From the NCBI GenBank assembly GCA_963771845.1, contig CAVYVC010000043.1, positions 19,693 to 83,692 on the forward strand: a DNA stretch of 64,000 bases, in the 5' to 3' direction. Of this stretch, positions 63,338 through 64,000 are shown one piece after another. The position numbers and the translations under genes are program-made. The stretch is from an uncultured Alphaproteobacteria bacterium (GTDB lineage: Bacteria > Pseudomonadota > Alphaproteobacteria > Rhizobiales > Xanthobacteraceae). Each line of letters begins with the position of its first letter. Position 1 is the first letter of the stretch. The notes under the pieces are model-generated. The model searched no databases, was not told where the DNA came from, and was given only the letters and a program-made list of their open reading frames with translations.

Positions 63338-64000
63338 ATGAAGCGACGCACGTTCATCACCCTTCTCGGCGGCGCACGGCATGGCCGGTCGCGGCGCGCG
63401 CGCAGCAGCCGGCGATGCCGGTGATCGGGTTTCTCGGCAGCAGGGCACCCGGGATGACCTACATCTTGTGGCCGCGTTCCGTCAGGGCCTGAAAGAAGCC
63501 GGCTATATCGAGGGCCAGAACGTGACGATCGAATACCGCTTCGCGGAGAATCAATACGATCGGCTGCCAGCGCTGGCAGCCGATCTCGTTCGGCGTCAGG
63601 TGGCCGTGATTGCCGCGAATGGCCCTGCGGCACAGGCGGCGAAAGCAGCAACCGCGACGATCCCGATCGTCTTCGCGGCAGGGTTTGACCCGGTCGAGGT
63701 TGGACTTGTCGCCAGCCTGAACCAGCCAGGCGGCAACATTACTGGCATAGCATCTTGGACGTGGAGCTAGGGCCGAAGCGGCTGGAGCTGCTGCATGAGC
63801 TGGTCCCCACGGTGACCGTGATTGCCGTCCTCGTCAATCCGACCGATCCCGCTCGTGCCGAGACCACATCGAAAGGACTGCAGGCGGCGGCTCACAGCCT
63901 CGGACTGCAGCAGCTCCATATCCTGCACGCCAGCACTGAGCGTGACTTTGACACGGTCTTTGCAAGCTTGGTCCAACTGCGAGCAGGCGGGCTCGTGATC
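63338..64000 (+). pseudogene. PF04392-like ABC substrate-binding protein gene with at least three frameshifts (3'-partial at window end)
   Basis: [12 protein letters not shown] | [25 protein letters not shown] | [33 protein letters not shown]...NITGIA | [19 protein letters not shown]... is read in three alternating frames. Breaks occur near 63374-63380, 63451-63454 and 63750-63752. Confidence 0.75.

Overview
High-GC alphaproteobacterial chromosome segment. Gene content and REP-type palindromes look Bradyrhizobiaceae/Nitrobacteraceae-like; this is inferred from memory, not searched. The conserved backbone holds DUF2628-hisH-hisA-hisF, hisE-coaA, comM, gshB, an MCP, yraN-rsmI, hemW-rdgB-rph, hrcA-grpE, dnaK-dnaJ, pyrF and DUF1330. 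Two accessory segments interrupt it. (1) About 17 kb (2.7-19.9 kb) lies between hisF and hisE, which I recall as normally adjacent. It carries a MazEF-like TA module, three orphan Bug/TctC binding proteins, a TauD-like dioxygenase, a six-GAF histidine kinase broken by three frameshifts, and an amidase / 2-hydroxyacid dehydrogenase / F420-type LLM / PPOX operon. (2) A visibly lower-GC region runs from about 47.7 kb to the window end. It holds hflKC, a Crp/Fnr regulator, a frameshifted hsp20, cspA, an IS3-family element inserted in an ORF, three decayed fragments of PF04392-type binding-protein genes, and many small orphan ORFs. The most unusual signal is non-coding. A composite module occurs twice in inverted orientation (19.1-19.5 kb and 47.8-48.4 kb), each copy at an accessory/core junction. 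It consists of a short terminator-bearing sRNA-like gene followed by a ~135-bp element of helically phased CTGTT repeats. A second recurrent 20-22-bp motif (GTGAGCARTTTT...) occurs four times in the low-GC region. Eight 1-nt frameshifts hit only sensory, stress and transport genes, so either real pseudogenisation or sequence error is possible. No rRNA, tRNA or CRISPR array was seen. No known defence system was recognised.
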